From Kiritimatiellia bacterium (lineage in GTDB: Bacteria > Verrucomicrobiota > Kiritimatiellia > RFP12 > UBA1067), in the NCBI GenBank assembly GCA_017454745.1, contig JAFTCL010000007.1:9034-73033 (forward strand): a DNA stretch of 64,000 nucleotides, written 5' to 3'. This document shows positions 36,826 to 47,360 of the stretch, piece by piece. A program made the position numbers and the translations under genes. Every line of letters begins with the position of its first letter. The first letter of the stretch is position 1. The notes beneath the pieces were generated by a model. The model searched no databases. It saw only the letters and a list, made by a program, of their open reading frames with translations, and was not told the origin of the DNA.

Positions 36826-38019
36826 CTACTCCAGCATAATCGAGCGGATTTTATCCATCTCTTCCTTCGTAATGCCGCAATCCGTCAAATAAGCCACGAC
36901 GCGGTCTTGAATCGTGTCGCCTTCTTTGGCGTATTTCTCCAGCCCTTTGGTGAAATGCTGGAGCAGGCACCAGTAAGACAGGTCGCCCTTGTCCTTGTTG
37001 TCCGGCAGGTTGGGATAGAAGGTGGACTCCCAATCCACTCCAAGATACTGCAACGGCACACCGAGCAACCCGTTCAGCATAAAGGCAAGCGAACCGGTGC
37101 GGTCCGCCCCCGCAATGCAATGGAAGTAGATCGGGTAGTTTTTCTCATCGCAGAAAACCCGAATGTTATCGGCCATAATCTTCATTCCGGTTGAGGAGAA
37201 GATGTCCCGGTAAGCCTTCGACGAGTGATGGATGAACTGGACGCTATTTCCAAGCGGCGACGATTTCATGTTCGCGGTTTCACGATGCGAACGCAATTCA
37301 AGATCGGTCTTAATGCCCAAATCGTTGAGCAGGTAATCGCGGTCCGCGACCGTCAGCCGGTTGCGCCCCGGAATCTCGCCGTCCCTGCTGTTGTCATTCA
37401 ACCCCTGGCCGCGGAACACCATTCCCTGTTTCACCCGACGGCCGTCCGCAGTCCGCCATCCGCCCAAATCGCGCATATTGCGAACATGTCCCTCAATGGC
37501 AATCCAGCGCGGGGGCAAATCCTCGGTGGTAAATGTCGCGACCGGCGATTCCACTTTCGTCTTGCCATCCTTACTGTAACCGGTAACCTTCCAGTAATAG
37601 GTCTGACCGACCTTGTAGTTGGTCTGCCAGCCGCCAATCGTGACATGGGTGTAAGGCTTGCCGTCATGATGTTTGCGATCGACTACCTCAATCTGAGGTT
37701 TTGCGAAATCCGGAGTTTCAGAAACCAGCACCTTAAACGGGCCTTTTTCCTCAGCGGTGCACTCCCAATCGAATTTCACGTCGTTGGCACGGCGCCAAAG
37801 CGCCTTCTCGGAAAAGAAGGTTTTCTTTTCCTTTTGGTCGGCGTTCAACGCGGCCAGCCGTTCCTCATGGGTAGCCAACTTCAGCATCTCCCGCTGGTTA
37901 TCCGGAATCAACACCACCTGGGATTTGTCGGCAGGCAGCAAAACAGCAATTTCCGCCGACGCGCCGCAAACGCACAACGTCGCCGCCGCCGCAAGTTGAA
38001 ATAACGGCAAGTTTTTCAT
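36826..38019 (-). CDS. Secreted protein-tyrosine/dual-specificity phosphatase-like protein
   Basis: Signal peptide. N-terminal Fn3-like beta domain. CX5R P-loop HCIAGADRTGSLAFML. Confidence 0.65.
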   Translation of the reverse strand: MKNLPLFQLAAAATLCVCGASAEIAVLLPADKSQVVLIPDNQREMLKLATHEERLAALNADQKEKKTFFSEKALWRRANDVKFDWECTAEEKGPFKVLVSETPDFAKPQIEVVDRKHHDGKPYTHVTIGGWQTNYKVGQTYYWKVTGYSKDGKTKVESPVATFTTEDLPPRWIAIEGHVRNMRDLGGWRTADGRRVKQGMVFRGQGLNDNSRDGEIPGRNRLTVADRDYLLNDLGIKTDLELRSHRETANMKSSPLGNSVQFIHHSSKAYRDIFSSTGMKIMADNIRVFCDEKNYPIYFHCIAGADRTGSLAFMLNGLLGVPLQYLGVDWESTFYPNLPDNKDKGDLSYWCLLQHFTKGLEKYAKEGDTIQDRVVAYLTDCGITKEEMDKIRSIMLE

Positions 38020-38048
38020 ACTACACCTCGATTTTAAGGAATCGCCCG

Positions 38049-39248
38049 TTATTCGCTGTCAGAACCGAAATACTCGTCCAACGCATCGCCAATCATCTCC
38101 AGCGCCTCCTCAAGGTTGCTCTCCTTGATATTCAGCGGCGGGACAAAGCGCACCACATGAGGCCCGGCGACACAGCAAAGCAGTCCCATATCACGGCAAG
38201 CGTCGACAATCTCCTTGGCGGAGCCTTCCACCACCAAACCAACCATCAAACCCTTACCGCGCACCTCCAGCACTTGGTCGTATTTTTCGACAAAGCCGTT
38301 CAGGCCCTCGACGAACAACGCGCCCATCTTCTCGGCCTGCTCCAGCAGTTTTTCGGACTCGATCACGTCCAACACCGCCAACGCCGCCGCACAGGCCAAA
38401 GGATTGCCGCCAAAAGTGGAGGCGTGGTTGCCGGGCTTGAAAACGTCCGACAACGCTGGCGAGGCGACCAGTGCCCCCATCGGCACGCCGTCGGCGATGG
38501 CTTTCGCCAGCGAGAACGCATCCGGCTTTACCGGATAATGCTGCCAACCGAACCACTTGCCGGTACGGCCCATACCGCACTGGACTTCGTCGCAGAGCAT
38601 CAACAGACCGTTTTCATCGCACAACTTGCGGACGCCGACCATAAATTCTTCTGTTGCAGGCAACACTCCACCCTCGCCCTGCACCGCCTCCAGCATGATC
38701 GCTACGGTTTTGTCGTTAATTGCCGCTTTGACCGAATCAAGATTGTTGAACTCCGCATAGGCGAAACCGATCGGCAGCGGATCAAACCCTTTCTGCACTT
38801 TGGTCTGCCCCGTCGCGGTAAGCGTTGCCAACGTCCGTCCGTGGAAGCTGTTTTGCATGGTGATGATTTCGTATTTACCCTTTTCGCTGCCCCACAGGCG
38901 GGCGAGTTTAATCATCGCCTCGTTAGCCTCGGCCCCGGAATTGCAGAAAAAGCACTTTCCGCCCAACGAAATCTTTGAAAGCCGCTGTGCCAGCAACGCC
39001 TGTTTGGCGTTGTAGAAAAGGTTGGAGCAGTGAACCAGTGTCGCGGCCTGGGTCTGGATGGCCTTTACCACTTTCGGGTGGCAATGGCCAACGTTGTGAA
39101 CCGCGATACCGGCGGTAAAGTCCAAATAAGTGTGCCCCTCAGGGTCTCTGACTTTACAACCGCTCCCGCTTACAATCGCCACGTCGGGGGCATACGTGTT
39201 CATGACATACTGCTTGACCAGCTCGACAATACCTTCGCTCTTACTCAT
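38049..39248 (-). CDS. argD: Acetylornithine aminotransferase (class III PLP aminotransferase)
   Basis: Class-III aminotransferase motifs (...LLMLCDEVQCGMGRTGKWFGWQHY...). Sits in the operon with argB and argJ. Confidence 0.9.
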   Translation of the reverse strand: MSKSEGIVELVKQYVMNTYAPDVAIVSGSGCKVRDPEGHTYLDFTAGIAVHNVGHCHPKVVKAIQTQAATLVHCSNLFYNAKQALLAQRLSKISLGGKCFFCNSGAEANEAMIKLARLWGSEKGKYEIITMQNSFHGRTLATLTATGQTKVQKGFDPLPIGFAYAEFNNLDSVKAAINDKTVAIMLEAVQGEGGVLPATEEFMVGVRKLCDENGLLMLCDEVQCGMGRTGKWFGWQHYPVKPDAFSLAKAIADGVPMGALVASPALSDVFKPGNHASTFGGNPLACAAALAVLDVIESEKLLEQAEKMGALFVEGLNGFVEKYDQVLEVRGKGLMVGLVVEGSAKEIVDACRDMGLLCCVAGPHVVRFVPPLNIKESNLEEALEMIGDALDEYFGSDSE

Positions 39249-40122
39249 CTGCGATAATCTCCGTTCCTACGCCTTTTTTAGTGAAAATCTCCAACAGCAA
39301 CGAATGCGGCATCCGGCCGTCGATCAAGTGAACCTTGCCGACGCCGGCGCGAATCGCCTCAACGCAACTGTCCAATTTGGGCAGCATCCCGCCGCCCACC
39401 ACCCCGGTGTCCTTGAGTTTCTGGACGCTGCCGACCCGCAACGTGGCCAGCAGGCTAGACGGGTCGTCCATCCGCATCAAGAGTCCGGGCACATCCGAAA
39501 TGAACGCCAGCTTACGCACTTTCATCGCCTTGGCCAACGCCGCCGCCGCGACATCCGCGTTCACATTGTACAACTTCCCGTCCGGCCCGGTGCCGAGCGG
39601 GGTAACCACCGGAACAATCCCGGCGTCCAACATTTCGACAACCGGCTGGATGTCCACCTCCACCGGATTGCCGACATATCCCCAATCCACCGGCTGTCCG
39701 CTCTCCGCGTCCACCCCGGTTTTCTTTTCAACCGTGAAGATCCAGTCGCCGTGCAACGGTCTAGCGTTGGCTCCGTGCTTCTGAAGCAACTTAACCACAT
39801 TGGCGTTCACTTGCCGCTTGATCACCCGTTCCACCACCTTGATGGCTTCATCGGTGGTCACCCGCAACCCCATCACGAAATGCGGTTCAATACCGGCCTC
39901 GGCCATGCCGCGGGAAATGGCCTTACCGCCGCCGTGTACCAGTACGGTTTTGATTCCGACGGCGTTCATAAAGGCCAAATCCGTCAGCAGACCTTCCAGA
40001 TTCTCGGGAACCTCCATCACGCTGCCGCCGACTTTAATCAGCACCACGGACCCTTGGAAATCCTGAATGTACGGCAACGCCTCTGTCAACACCGCCGCTT
40101 TTTCCGTCGCTGTTGCCATCAT
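39241..40122 (-). CDS. argB: Acetylglutamate kinase
   Basis: VVLIKVGGSVM and VLVHGGG amino-acid-kinase motifs. Overlaps argD by 8 nt. Confidence 0.9.
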   Translation of the reverse strand: MMATATEKAAVLTEALPYIQDFQGSVVLIKVGGSVMEVPENLEGLLTDLAFMNAVGIKTVLVHGGGKAISRGMAEAGIEPHFVMGLRVTTDEAIKVVERVIKRQVNANVVKLLQKHGANARPLHGDWIFTVEKKTGVDAESGQPVDWGYVGNPVEVDIQPVVEMLDAGIVPVVTPLGTGPDGKLYNVNADVAAAALAKAMKVRKLAFISDVPGLLMRMDDPSSLLATLRVGSVQKLKDTGVVGGGMLPKLDSCVEAIRAGVGKVHLIDGRMPHSLLLEIFTKKGVGTEIIADE

Positions 40123-41337
40123 TTACGTAGTGTACTCCGCGTTGATTGTCACGTAATCGTGGGAGAGGTCGCATGTGTAAAGCATATCCTCTCCCGTACC
40201 CAGATGCAAATCCACGGTAACGTCAAACGCCCGTTCGCGCATCACATTCTGCATCGCCGCCAGCTGTGCGGCGTCTGCCACTTTGCCCTGATCGTAAGCG
40301 CACAGGTCGCCATAAAAGATCTGCGCCCGGCGGTCGTCCACCTCGGCCCCGGAATACCCCGCCGCTGCGATTACCCTGCCCCAGTTCGGATCAAGGCCGA
40401 ACCACGAGGTCTTCACCAGCGGCGATTTCGCGATCGCGCGCGCCGCCAACCGGGCATCGCGATCGCTGCGCGCACCCCGGACTCGGACGGTGACAAATTT
40501 GCTCGCGCCCTCTCCATCCATCACCATCTTCTTGGCCAACTCCACGCACACCTGCGTCAGAGCATCGACGAACTCCCGCCACTGCGGATGATCCGGATTC
40601 AACTCGGTGTTGCCGGCCGCTCCGCTCGCGAACAACATAACCGTGTCGTTGGTGCTGCGGTCACCGTCAACCACGATTTTGTTGAAGCTCACCCCGACCG
40701 CTTCCCGCAACGCCATATCCAAAGCCTTGGAACCTATCGATGCGTCAGTGGTGATAAACCCCAGCATAGTGGCCATGTTCGGCTCGATCATTCCGGAACC
40801 TTTGCACATCCCGCCAATCCGGACGTCAATTCCGTCGATCAACAGCTTGACCGCATACTGCTTGTCAACCGTGTCGGTGGTCATAATCGCATGCGCCGCG
40901 TCATCGCCGCCATCGCGACTCAAGGCGGCTGCCGCCAGCTTTGCGCCGTGCAGCAGTCGATCCATCGGCAACAGCACGCCGATAACCCCGGTGGAGCATA
41001 CCAACACCAACCGTTCGTCAATCCCCAGTTCCGCCGCCACCGCTCGTGCGGAGGCTTCCGCGTCGCGGATTCCCTGTTCGCCGGTGCAGGCATTGGCGCA
41101 CCCGCTGTTTATCAGCACCGCCTGCGCTTGCCCGGCTGCGGTCCGAACGCGGTCTAGCTTGACCGGCGCGGCCGCGACCTGGTTGGTGGTGTACACGGCC
41201 GCCACCGCCGCCGGCGAATCCGCCGCCAGCAACGCGACATCGCGGCGTCCCGGCGTTTTAATCCCGGCCGGCACCCCGGCGGCCTTGAACCCCTGAGCGG
41301 CGGTAACGCCGCCCGCTATTGTCTCGTAAACCTTCAT
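40123..41337 (-). CDS. argJ: Bifunctional glutamate N-acetyltransferase/amino-acid acetyltransferase
   Basis: ArgJ family with ATMLGFITTDA around the autocatalytic Thr. Abuts argB. Confidence 0.9.
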   Translation of the reverse strand: MKVYETIAGGVTAAQGFKAAGVPAGIKTPGRRDVALLAADSPAAVAAVYTTNQVAAAPVKLDRVRTAAGQAQAVLINSGCANACTGEQGIRDAEASARAVAAELGIDERLVLVCSTGVIGVLLPMDRLLHGAKLAAAALSRDGGDDAAHAIMTTDTVDKQYAVKLLIDGIDVRIGGMCKGSGMIEPNMATMLGFITTDASIGSKALDMALREAVGVSFNKIVVDGDRSTNDTVMLFASGAAGNTELNPDHPQWREFVDALTQVCVELAKKMVMDGEGASKFVTVRVRGARSDRDARLAARAIAKSPLVKTSWFGLDPNWGRVIAAAGYSGAEVDDRRAQIFYGDLCAYDQGKVADAAQLAAMQNVMRERAFDVTVDLHLGTGEDMLYTCDLSHDYVTINAEYTT

Positions 41338-41350
41338 CGCTTGCTTCCGA

Positions 41351-43744
41351 CTAGAACAGTTTCCATTCCAAAATGCCGCCGGATTTTTCCGGCTTGAGCT
41401 GAATGTTCAAACGGATTTCCTTCGCCTTCACGGGATGGGAGAAAATCACTTTGTTGAACTTGTCGCCTTCCACCGGGAAGGCGGCGGCCTCGATGTCTTT
41501 CCACTCGCCGTTGGCGGTTTCGCGGTAAACCGCTTTCCAGCTCTGCGGCAAATCGCAATTTCCGTTGGGAATGTCGCAGAACCAGTACACTTCGACGCCG
41601 GTAATGGTTTCCGGCTCCGGCAACGAGTACTGTACCCACTCTGCTTTGCCGCGGTGGTCCCAGAATGTGAATCGCGGAATGTCGTGGTCGTTGGAGTTTT
41701 TGGGCAGTCTACCGTCGCACATCGCCTCGGTCCGGTCGGAAACGAAGCAGTGGGACGCGCTGGGCCGCAACATGGATGCCGCCTGGGCGGATTTCTCATC
41801 CACCGGGAACCAGGTCTGCATCTGGCCGGCTCCGCGGTGGCACCAGGCGAAATACGGGACAAGCTTGAGCGTGGCCGGCTCGACTTTTGCATCGCCCTTC
41901 AAATTCCGCATAAAGGTCTTTGCAGGAACCTCCAGCGCGGGAAACACGTTGCCGACCACTTCGCAGGTTGAATCGGTAAACTTCGCGTCGGACGCGATGA
42001 TTTTGTTCAGCACCGTTCCGCCGTTGTCAATGCCCTCCGCGCAATAAACGATCGGGCCGCGCTCCACCGCCAACCGTCCGAGGTCGTCCTTGACCTGGTC
42101 GCAAGCCTTGATGCGCCGCACCGGCATGTTCATCGTAATCTTGATCTGGTCGCCGGCTTTCCATTTGCGGAGAATCGGCAGATACCCGTTGACAAGCGAA
42201 ATCGTCTGCTTTTTGCCGTTGACCGTAACGGTGACATCCTTGATGGTACCGGGAACGGTCTGCGTGTAAAGGTCGGAAGGCACCGGACGGCCTACCGCCC
42301 AACCCGGTATTCGAACATTCACCGCGAACTCCGCCCCGTCGGTTTCGGGCGTGACGGACATCACCGATTCGCCACTCCACGGATAGTCGGTCTGCTGGCT
42401 CAGCTTGACACGGCCGGCGGGGATGGTCAGCGTCGCATCGCAAGCCACGAAAAGATTCCAATAGATTGCGTCTCCGCGCTTCGCGTAGGTATAAGAGGAA
42501 ATTTGCGGAATGAAACGGACTACGTTAACCGGGCAGCAGGAACAGCCAAACCACTTGGAACGTTTGTAGCCGCCAGCACTTGCCAGCGGGTTGGGATAGA
42601 AGAATTCGTCTCCGCCCAAAGAGATGCCGGAAAGGAAACCGTTGTAGATCACGCGCTCCAGGACATCGATGTACTTGGCATCGCCGTGAAGCAGGAACAT
42701 CCGCTCGTTCCAGAAAGCGTTGGCAATCGCGGCGCAGGTTTCAAGATAGGCGGATTCGTTAGGCAGCTCGTAGTTCTTGCCGAACGCCTCGCCTGCATGG
42801 CGGGCGCCGATGCCGCCGTTGAGGTGGAGCTTTTTGCCCACCACATTCTCCCAAATCGCGTCAATCGCGGTGACGTAAGACGGATCCCCGGCCAACGCCG
42901 CCACATCCGCCATACCGGCGTAAATGTAACCCGCGCGCACCGCATGGCCCACCGCCTCTTTCTGCTCGGTCAACGGCAGATGGTCTTGGCAGTATTCGCC
43001 GAACACTTTACCGCGCAAATCCGCTCGTCCGCGCAGATCGCAAAAGGTTTTCGCCATATCCAGATACCGCTGGTACCCGGTAACGCGGTACAGCTTGCAC
43101 AACCCGATTTCGATCTCCTCGTGGCCGGGCACCAGCCGCAACTGCCCCTCGCCCATTCCGAAAGTTTTGCAAACCAGATCCGCGCTCTTGATCGCCACGT
43201 CCAGAAACGAACGCTTTCCGGTAACGGTATAATGGGCGGCTGCCGCCTCGTACATGTGGCCGATGTTGTAAAGTTCATGGCTGGCGCCAACATTACTCCA
43301 GCGTTTCGGACCGGTCATTCCGTTGGTGAACCCTTGGGTACGGGCGGAATATAAATAACCGTCCGACTCTTGCGCACTGGCGATTTTGGCGATCAGGTCG
43401 TCCAGATACTTGTCAAGTTTCGGATCCGGATGGGTGGACAACGTGTAAGCCGCGCCCTCAATGATTTTGAAAACGTCAGAATCGTTAAAGGGAATCCCCT
43501 CGAATTTCCCCTGCTCGCGCCGGCCGGCTTTGGCGAAATTTTCAATGCGCCCGGTTTCCTCGCTTTTCTTGAAATCCGTCCAAACCGTGACGATTCGGTT
43601 CGTCTCATAGCGCGGCAGCCAGAAACCGCCAGTGATGCGGACATCATTCATTACCGCTGGCTGGAACGGATAATCCCCCGCCCCGAAAACAAACGTCCCG
43701 GCCAAGCCCATAAAAGCCGCAACGGCATAAAATCCACGATTCAT
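41351..43744 (-). CDS. Glycoside hydrolase family 127-like (DUF1680, beta-L-arabinofuranosidase family), secreted
   Basis: Signal peptide MNRGFYAVAAFMGLAGTFVFGA. DUF1680-like catalytic region with conserved Cys-rich segment (WFGCSCCPVNVVR). C-terminal beta-sandwich extension. Confidence 0.65.
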   Translation of the reverse strand: MNRGFYAVAAFMGLAGTFVFGAGDYPFQPAVMNDVRITGGFWLPRYETNRIVTVWTDFKKSEETGRIENFAKAGRREQGKFEGIPFNDSDVFKIIEGAAYTLSTHPDPKLDKYLDDLIAKIASAQESDGYLYSARTQGFTNGMTGPKRWSNVGASHELYNIGHMYEAAAAHYTVTGKRSFLDVAIKSADLVCKTFGMGEGQLRLVPGHEEIEIGLCKLYRVTGYQRYLDMAKTFCDLRGRADLRGKVFGEYCQDHLPLTEQKEAVGHAVRAGYIYAGMADVAALAGDPSYVTAIDAIWENVVGKKLHLNGGIGARHAGEAFGKNYELPNESAYLETCAAIANAFWNERMFLLHGDAKYIDVLERVIYNGFLSGISLGGDEFFYPNPLASAGGYKRSKWFGCSCCPVNVVRFIPQISSYTYAKRGDAIYWNLFVACDATLTIPAGRVKLSQQTDYPWSGESVMSVTPETDGAEFAVNVRIPGWAVGRPVPSDLYTQTVPGTIKDVTVTVNGKKQTISLVNGYLPILRKWKAGDQIKITMNMPVRRIKACDQVKDDLGRLAVERGPIVYCAEGIDNGGTVLNKIIASDAKFTDSTCEVVGNVFPALEVPAKTFMRNLKGDAKVEPATLKLVPYFAWCHRGAGQMQTWFPVDEKSAQAASMLRPSASHCFVSDRTEAMCDGRLPKNSNDHDIPRFTFWDHRGKAEWVQYSLPEPETITGVEVYWFCDIPNGNCDLPQSWKAVYRETANGEWKDIEAAAFPVEGDKFNKVIFSHPVKAKEIRLNIQLKPEKSGGILEWKLF

Positions 43745-43842
43745 GTCAAAAACCTTTCCGAAAAACTCCGAAAACCGAAAAAACAAAGAAGAATTGTAAT
43801 ATTTTCGCGGCAAAATGTCGAGTACGTATTTTCCAAACCCGG

Positions 43843-44730
43843 TCAGCATTCCAAAACATCGCATCCCGTGAAACCGTAATCGCGCGTCAACCGGTTGACC
43901 ACCGCATCTAGAAAACTCTCCGGCGTCGATGCCCCGCTGGTAATGCCGAGCCACTCGGAGTCAAGCAGCGGCGAACCGTCCAAATCCGACATCTCGCTCA
44001 CCAAAGCAGCGTTTGCGCCTGCCGATTGGGCGGTTTCCACCAAGCGACGGCTGTTGGATGAATTGGCGGCGCCCAGCACCAAAACATTGCCGCATACCTC
44101 AGCCAAACGCCGTACTGCCCGCTGGCGGTTACGGGTGGCGTAACAGATTTCGGTTCCGCCGGGAACGCGCAATGCCGGATAACGCCGACGTAACGCGTCG
44201 ATCAAACGATCAACCTTCTCGGCGGATAGCGTGGTCTGGGTCACCACCGCCGTCCCGGAACCATCCGGCACCGAAACCGACCGCACGTCGTTTTCGTCCT
44301 CCACCACCCGGACAAAATCCGGGGCTTCACCCGCCACCCCCACCACCTCATCATGTCCGTGATGGCCAATGCAGAAAACATACACGCCCTTGGAGGCGAA
44401 CTCCCTAACCGTAGCGTGAACTTTAGCCACAAAAGGACAAGTGGCGTCCACCACCCTCAGATTTCGGGCTTCAGCGGCCTTCCGCACCGCCGGGGCGACG
44501 CCATGCGCGGAAAACAGCAGCACCGATCCCGGCGGCACGTCATCAACCTGTTGGACGAAAACCATACCCGCCGCGGTTAGCTCGGACACCACTTGCCCGT
44601 TGTGAACTATCTCGTGCAGACAGTAAACTTTCTCGCCCTGATGGTCGGACAGCACCTTCCGGGCGGTAGCCACCGCCCGGGCGACACCGGAACAGAAACC
44701 GTGGGGATTCGCGACCGTAAGACGCTTCAC
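43843..44730 (-). CDS. ispH: 4-hydroxy-3-methylbut-2-enyl diphosphate reductase
   Basis: NPHGFCSGVARAV and YCLHEIVHN motifs with three conserved Cys regions. Confidence 0.9.
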   Translation of the reverse strand: MKRLTVANPHGFCSGVARAVATARKVLSDHQGEKVYCLHEIVHNGQVVSELTAAGMVFVQQVDDVPPGSVLLFSAHGVAPAVRKAAEARNLRVVDATCPFVAKVHATVREFASKGVYVFCIGHHGHDEVVGVAGEAPDFVRVVEDENDVRSVSVPDGSGTAVVTQTTLSAEKVDRLIDALRRRYPALRVPGGTEICYATRNRQRAVRRLAEVCGNVLVLGAANSSNSRRLVETAQSAGANAALVSEMSDLDGSPLLDSEWLGITSGASTPESFLDAVVNRLTRDYGFTGCDVLEC

Positions 44731-45083
44731 GGCAAATCCTTTCCGTCAAAAAGTTCCATCAGTTCATCCGGATCATATTCCGGAAGCGCCCCCTGCTCCT
44801 CAAGTTCGGCCAGCGCGATCTCCGCTGGGGTTAGAAAACTTTTGGTTTTGTTGCACTGTTCACAGGCGGGAACAACGTTCGATCTCACGCTTCTCCCGCC
44901 GCGGGCGACGGGGATAACATGATCCATCGTCAAATTTTCCGCCCCCACCTGTCGCCCGCAATAATGGCAAACCCCGCGCGCCAGTTGCTCTCGCCACCAG
45001 TCGCTTTGGCGCAACTCTTTGGCTTTGGCGCGTTCCCGCGCCACATGGCCGGGATCTTTTTGAATGTCAACCCAATTGTCCAC
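44727..45083 (-). CDS. HNH endonuclease family protein
   Basis: HVIPVARGG...NVVPACEQCNKTK HNH motif. 118 aa. Overlaps the ispH start by 4 nt. Confidence 0.75.
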   Translation of the reverse strand: MDNWVDIQKDPGHVARERAKAKELRQSDWWREQLARGVCHYCGRQVGAENLTMDHVIPVARGGRSVRSNVVPACEQCNKTKSFLTPAEIALAELEEQGALPEYDPDELMELFDGKDLP

Positions 45084-45092
45084 CGTTGTCTC

Positions 45093-47339
45093 CTAACGCA
45101 TCGCGGGCGGCAACTCCAGCCCCCATCCGGTATTGGGCTTGTCACCCATCATATAGCGCAATGTCGCGCCGTCCGCCACTTCGGCATAGGTTATCCAAGC
45201 GCGGTTAAGCGGTTTGCCGTTAAGCGTGGCAGACTGAATGTAACGGTTCTCAGCCGAAACCCCATCCGCGATCACAGTCAACTTTTCCCCTTTGTAGAAT
45301 TTGGGATTGAGCCGAATAGTGGCCTTGGAGAAAATCGGCGAAGTGAGCAGATAAATCCCGTCCCCCGGACAAACCGGGTGCAGACCAATCGCCGAAAGAA
45401 TGTACCACGCCGACATTTGCCCCTCATCCTCGTTGCCGCAAAGCCCGTAAACATCATCCCGGTAGGCTTTAGCGCAAATCTCCCGGGTCCATTTCTGGGT
45501 CAACCAGGGTTTCCCGGCATAGGCGAAAAGATACGCCACATGGTGGCAAGGTTCGTTGGGATGGTTATAATAATCGTTCCATAGGAAATCCGCCGGGGTA
45601 CGTTCGAAGAAGAGCGTAAGCTCATCCGCGAATTTGTCCGCCCCCCCCATCAGCGAAACCAAACCCTTTACATCGTGAGGCACAAACCAACCCTGTTGGT
45701 AGGGGTTGCTTTCCACAGTTCCTTGGTTGTGGGTGGTGCGGCCTTTCCATGGCAGCCACTTAACCGCTCCGGGGGTATCCGGCTTCAACCGGGTTTGCAT
45801 CCACCCGTTTTCCGGATTCCAACAGTTCCGGTACCATTGGGCGCGTTCGGCATATTTTTTTGCATCCGGCTCATTTCCCAGACACCCGGCGAATTGCGAG
45901 ACGCACCAATCGTCATACGCATATTCAAGCGTGGTGGACAGCGAGCCTGGCGTAAAGCCCAAAGGCGCGTTGCCGCGCGCCTCTACGCTGTCGCGGCACT
46001 GCTCGTAAGCCAACTGGACATCGTAGTCACGAATCCCCTTCGCGTAGGCATCGTAAATGACCGGTACCGCAGGATTGCCGATCATACACATTGAGCTGCA
46101 ACCGAAAAGATCCCAAACCGGCAGCATTTTGCGACCGCTAAGCTTCTTAACCTGCATGAGCGAGTTGATGGTGTCGTTGACCACATCGGGACGAATAATG
46201 GTCAGCAACGGGAATTCGCTGCGAAAAACATCCCAACCGCTGAAAACGGTCCGCGCCACAAAACGGTCGCTCTGCAACACCTGACCGTTGACGCCCATGT
46301 AACGCCCGTCGCAATCCGCGATGGCCCGCGGATCGATCAGGCAGTGGTACAGCGCGGTCGCGAAAATTCTTCGCTCCGCCTCGGTCCCGCCCTCGACGTC
46401 CACCGTCTTGAATGCGTCGGCCCACATCTCCCGCGCTTTGGAATGTACCGCGTCGAAATCGAAGTTCGGAATGTCGCGGGCCAGATTCTTTCGCGCCCCG
46501 TCAACATCCACATACGAAAAACCGGTCCTCAGCAGCACCTGTTCATTCTCAACGGTCGGGAACTCGACAAAAAATCCGGTGTTGTTTCCTGAATATTCGC
46601 GTTGACCATCCAGCACGCGGTCTCGATCCCACACGCCGAATTTTTCAATCGGTTTGCTGAACACGGCGCAAAAATGCTGGGTGTAATTGACATGTCCCTG
46701 TCCATGTCCCCAGCCGCCGTCACGCTCGGAACACTCCATGCTGCCCTCGATGGTAAAACGGTCAACCACGCGCACCGTCTGGCGGCTGTGGGCAAGCCAT
46801 CGTCCGTTTTGGCCGATCCGGCGGCCCAAGTCGATTTGAATCCGGGAGACATCGGACTTCGGGTAAGTGAACCGTATGATTCCCGCTCGCGGCGCGGCGG
46901 TAAGCTCGGCAGTCACCCGGTAACGCGGCAATTCAACCTTGTAATATCCGGCCGAAGCCCATTCCCGGTCGTGCGAGTAGGGAGAACAGGCTTTGTCGCG
47001 ATCCAGCACCCGTTCGTCGCCGGTGGCGGGCATTACCAGAAAATTCCCCAAATCGCCGTACCACCCCACCCCAAGCATGTGGGTGAAACTGAAGCCCTGG
47101 ATCGTGGTGTGGTGGTAAGAATAACCGCACCCGTTGTCGCCGCCGGTAATGGTGTCCGGGCTGAGCTGGATCATGCCCATCGGCGTTGCCGCTCCGGGAA
47201 AACATTTCCCCAACCCGTGGCCACCGTAGCCGCCCAAGGTAATCGCGCCAACCATCGGATTCACCGCGTCAACGCTAATCTCCGCCGACACGCCAATTGC
47301 CGCCGCGGCGGACAGTATTATGACTGCGATTCTTTTCAT
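45093..47339 (-). CDS. Glycoside hydrolase family 92 (alpha-1,2-mannosidase-like), secreted
   Basis: Signal peptide. N-terminal ...GKCFPGAATPMGMIQLSPDT... and overall GH92 architecture. Confidence 0.8.
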   Translation of the reverse strand: MKRIAVIILSAAAAIGVSAEISVDAVNPMVGAITLGGYGGHGLGKCFPGAATPMGMIQLSPDTITGGDNGCGYSYHHTTIQGFSFTHMLGVGWYGDLGNFLVMPATGDERVLDRDKACSPYSHDREWASAGYYKVELPRYRVTAELTAAPRAGIIRFTYPKSDVSRIQIDLGRRIGQNGRWLAHSRQTVRVVDRFTIEGSMECSERDGGWGHGQGHVNYTQHFCAVFSKPIEKFGVWDRDRVLDGQREYSGNNTGFFVEFPTVENEQVLLRTGFSYVDVDGARKNLARDIPNFDFDAVHSKAREMWADAFKTVDVEGGTEAERRIFATALYHCLIDPRAIADCDGRYMGVNGQVLQSDRFVARTVFSGWDVFRSEFPLLTIIRPDVVNDTINSLMQVKKLSGRKMLPVWDLFGCSSMCMIGNPAVPVIYDAYAKGIRDYDVQLAYEQCRDSVEARGNAPLGFTPGSLSTTLEYAYDDWCVSQFAGCLGNEPDAKKYAERAQWYRNCWNPENGWMQTRLKPDTPGAVKWLPWKGRTTHNQGTVESNPYQQGWFVPHDVKGLVSLMGGADKFADELTLFFERTPADFLWNDYYNHPNEPCHHVAYLFAYAGKPWLTQKWTREICAKAYRDDVYGLCGNEDEGQMSAWYILSAIGLHPVCPGDGIYLLTSPIFSKATIRLNPKFYKGEKLTVIADGVSAENRYIQSATLNGKPLNRAWITYAEVADGATLRYMMGDKPNTGWGLELPPAMR

Positions 47340-47360
47340 ACCATGCGTCCGTTGTACGGG

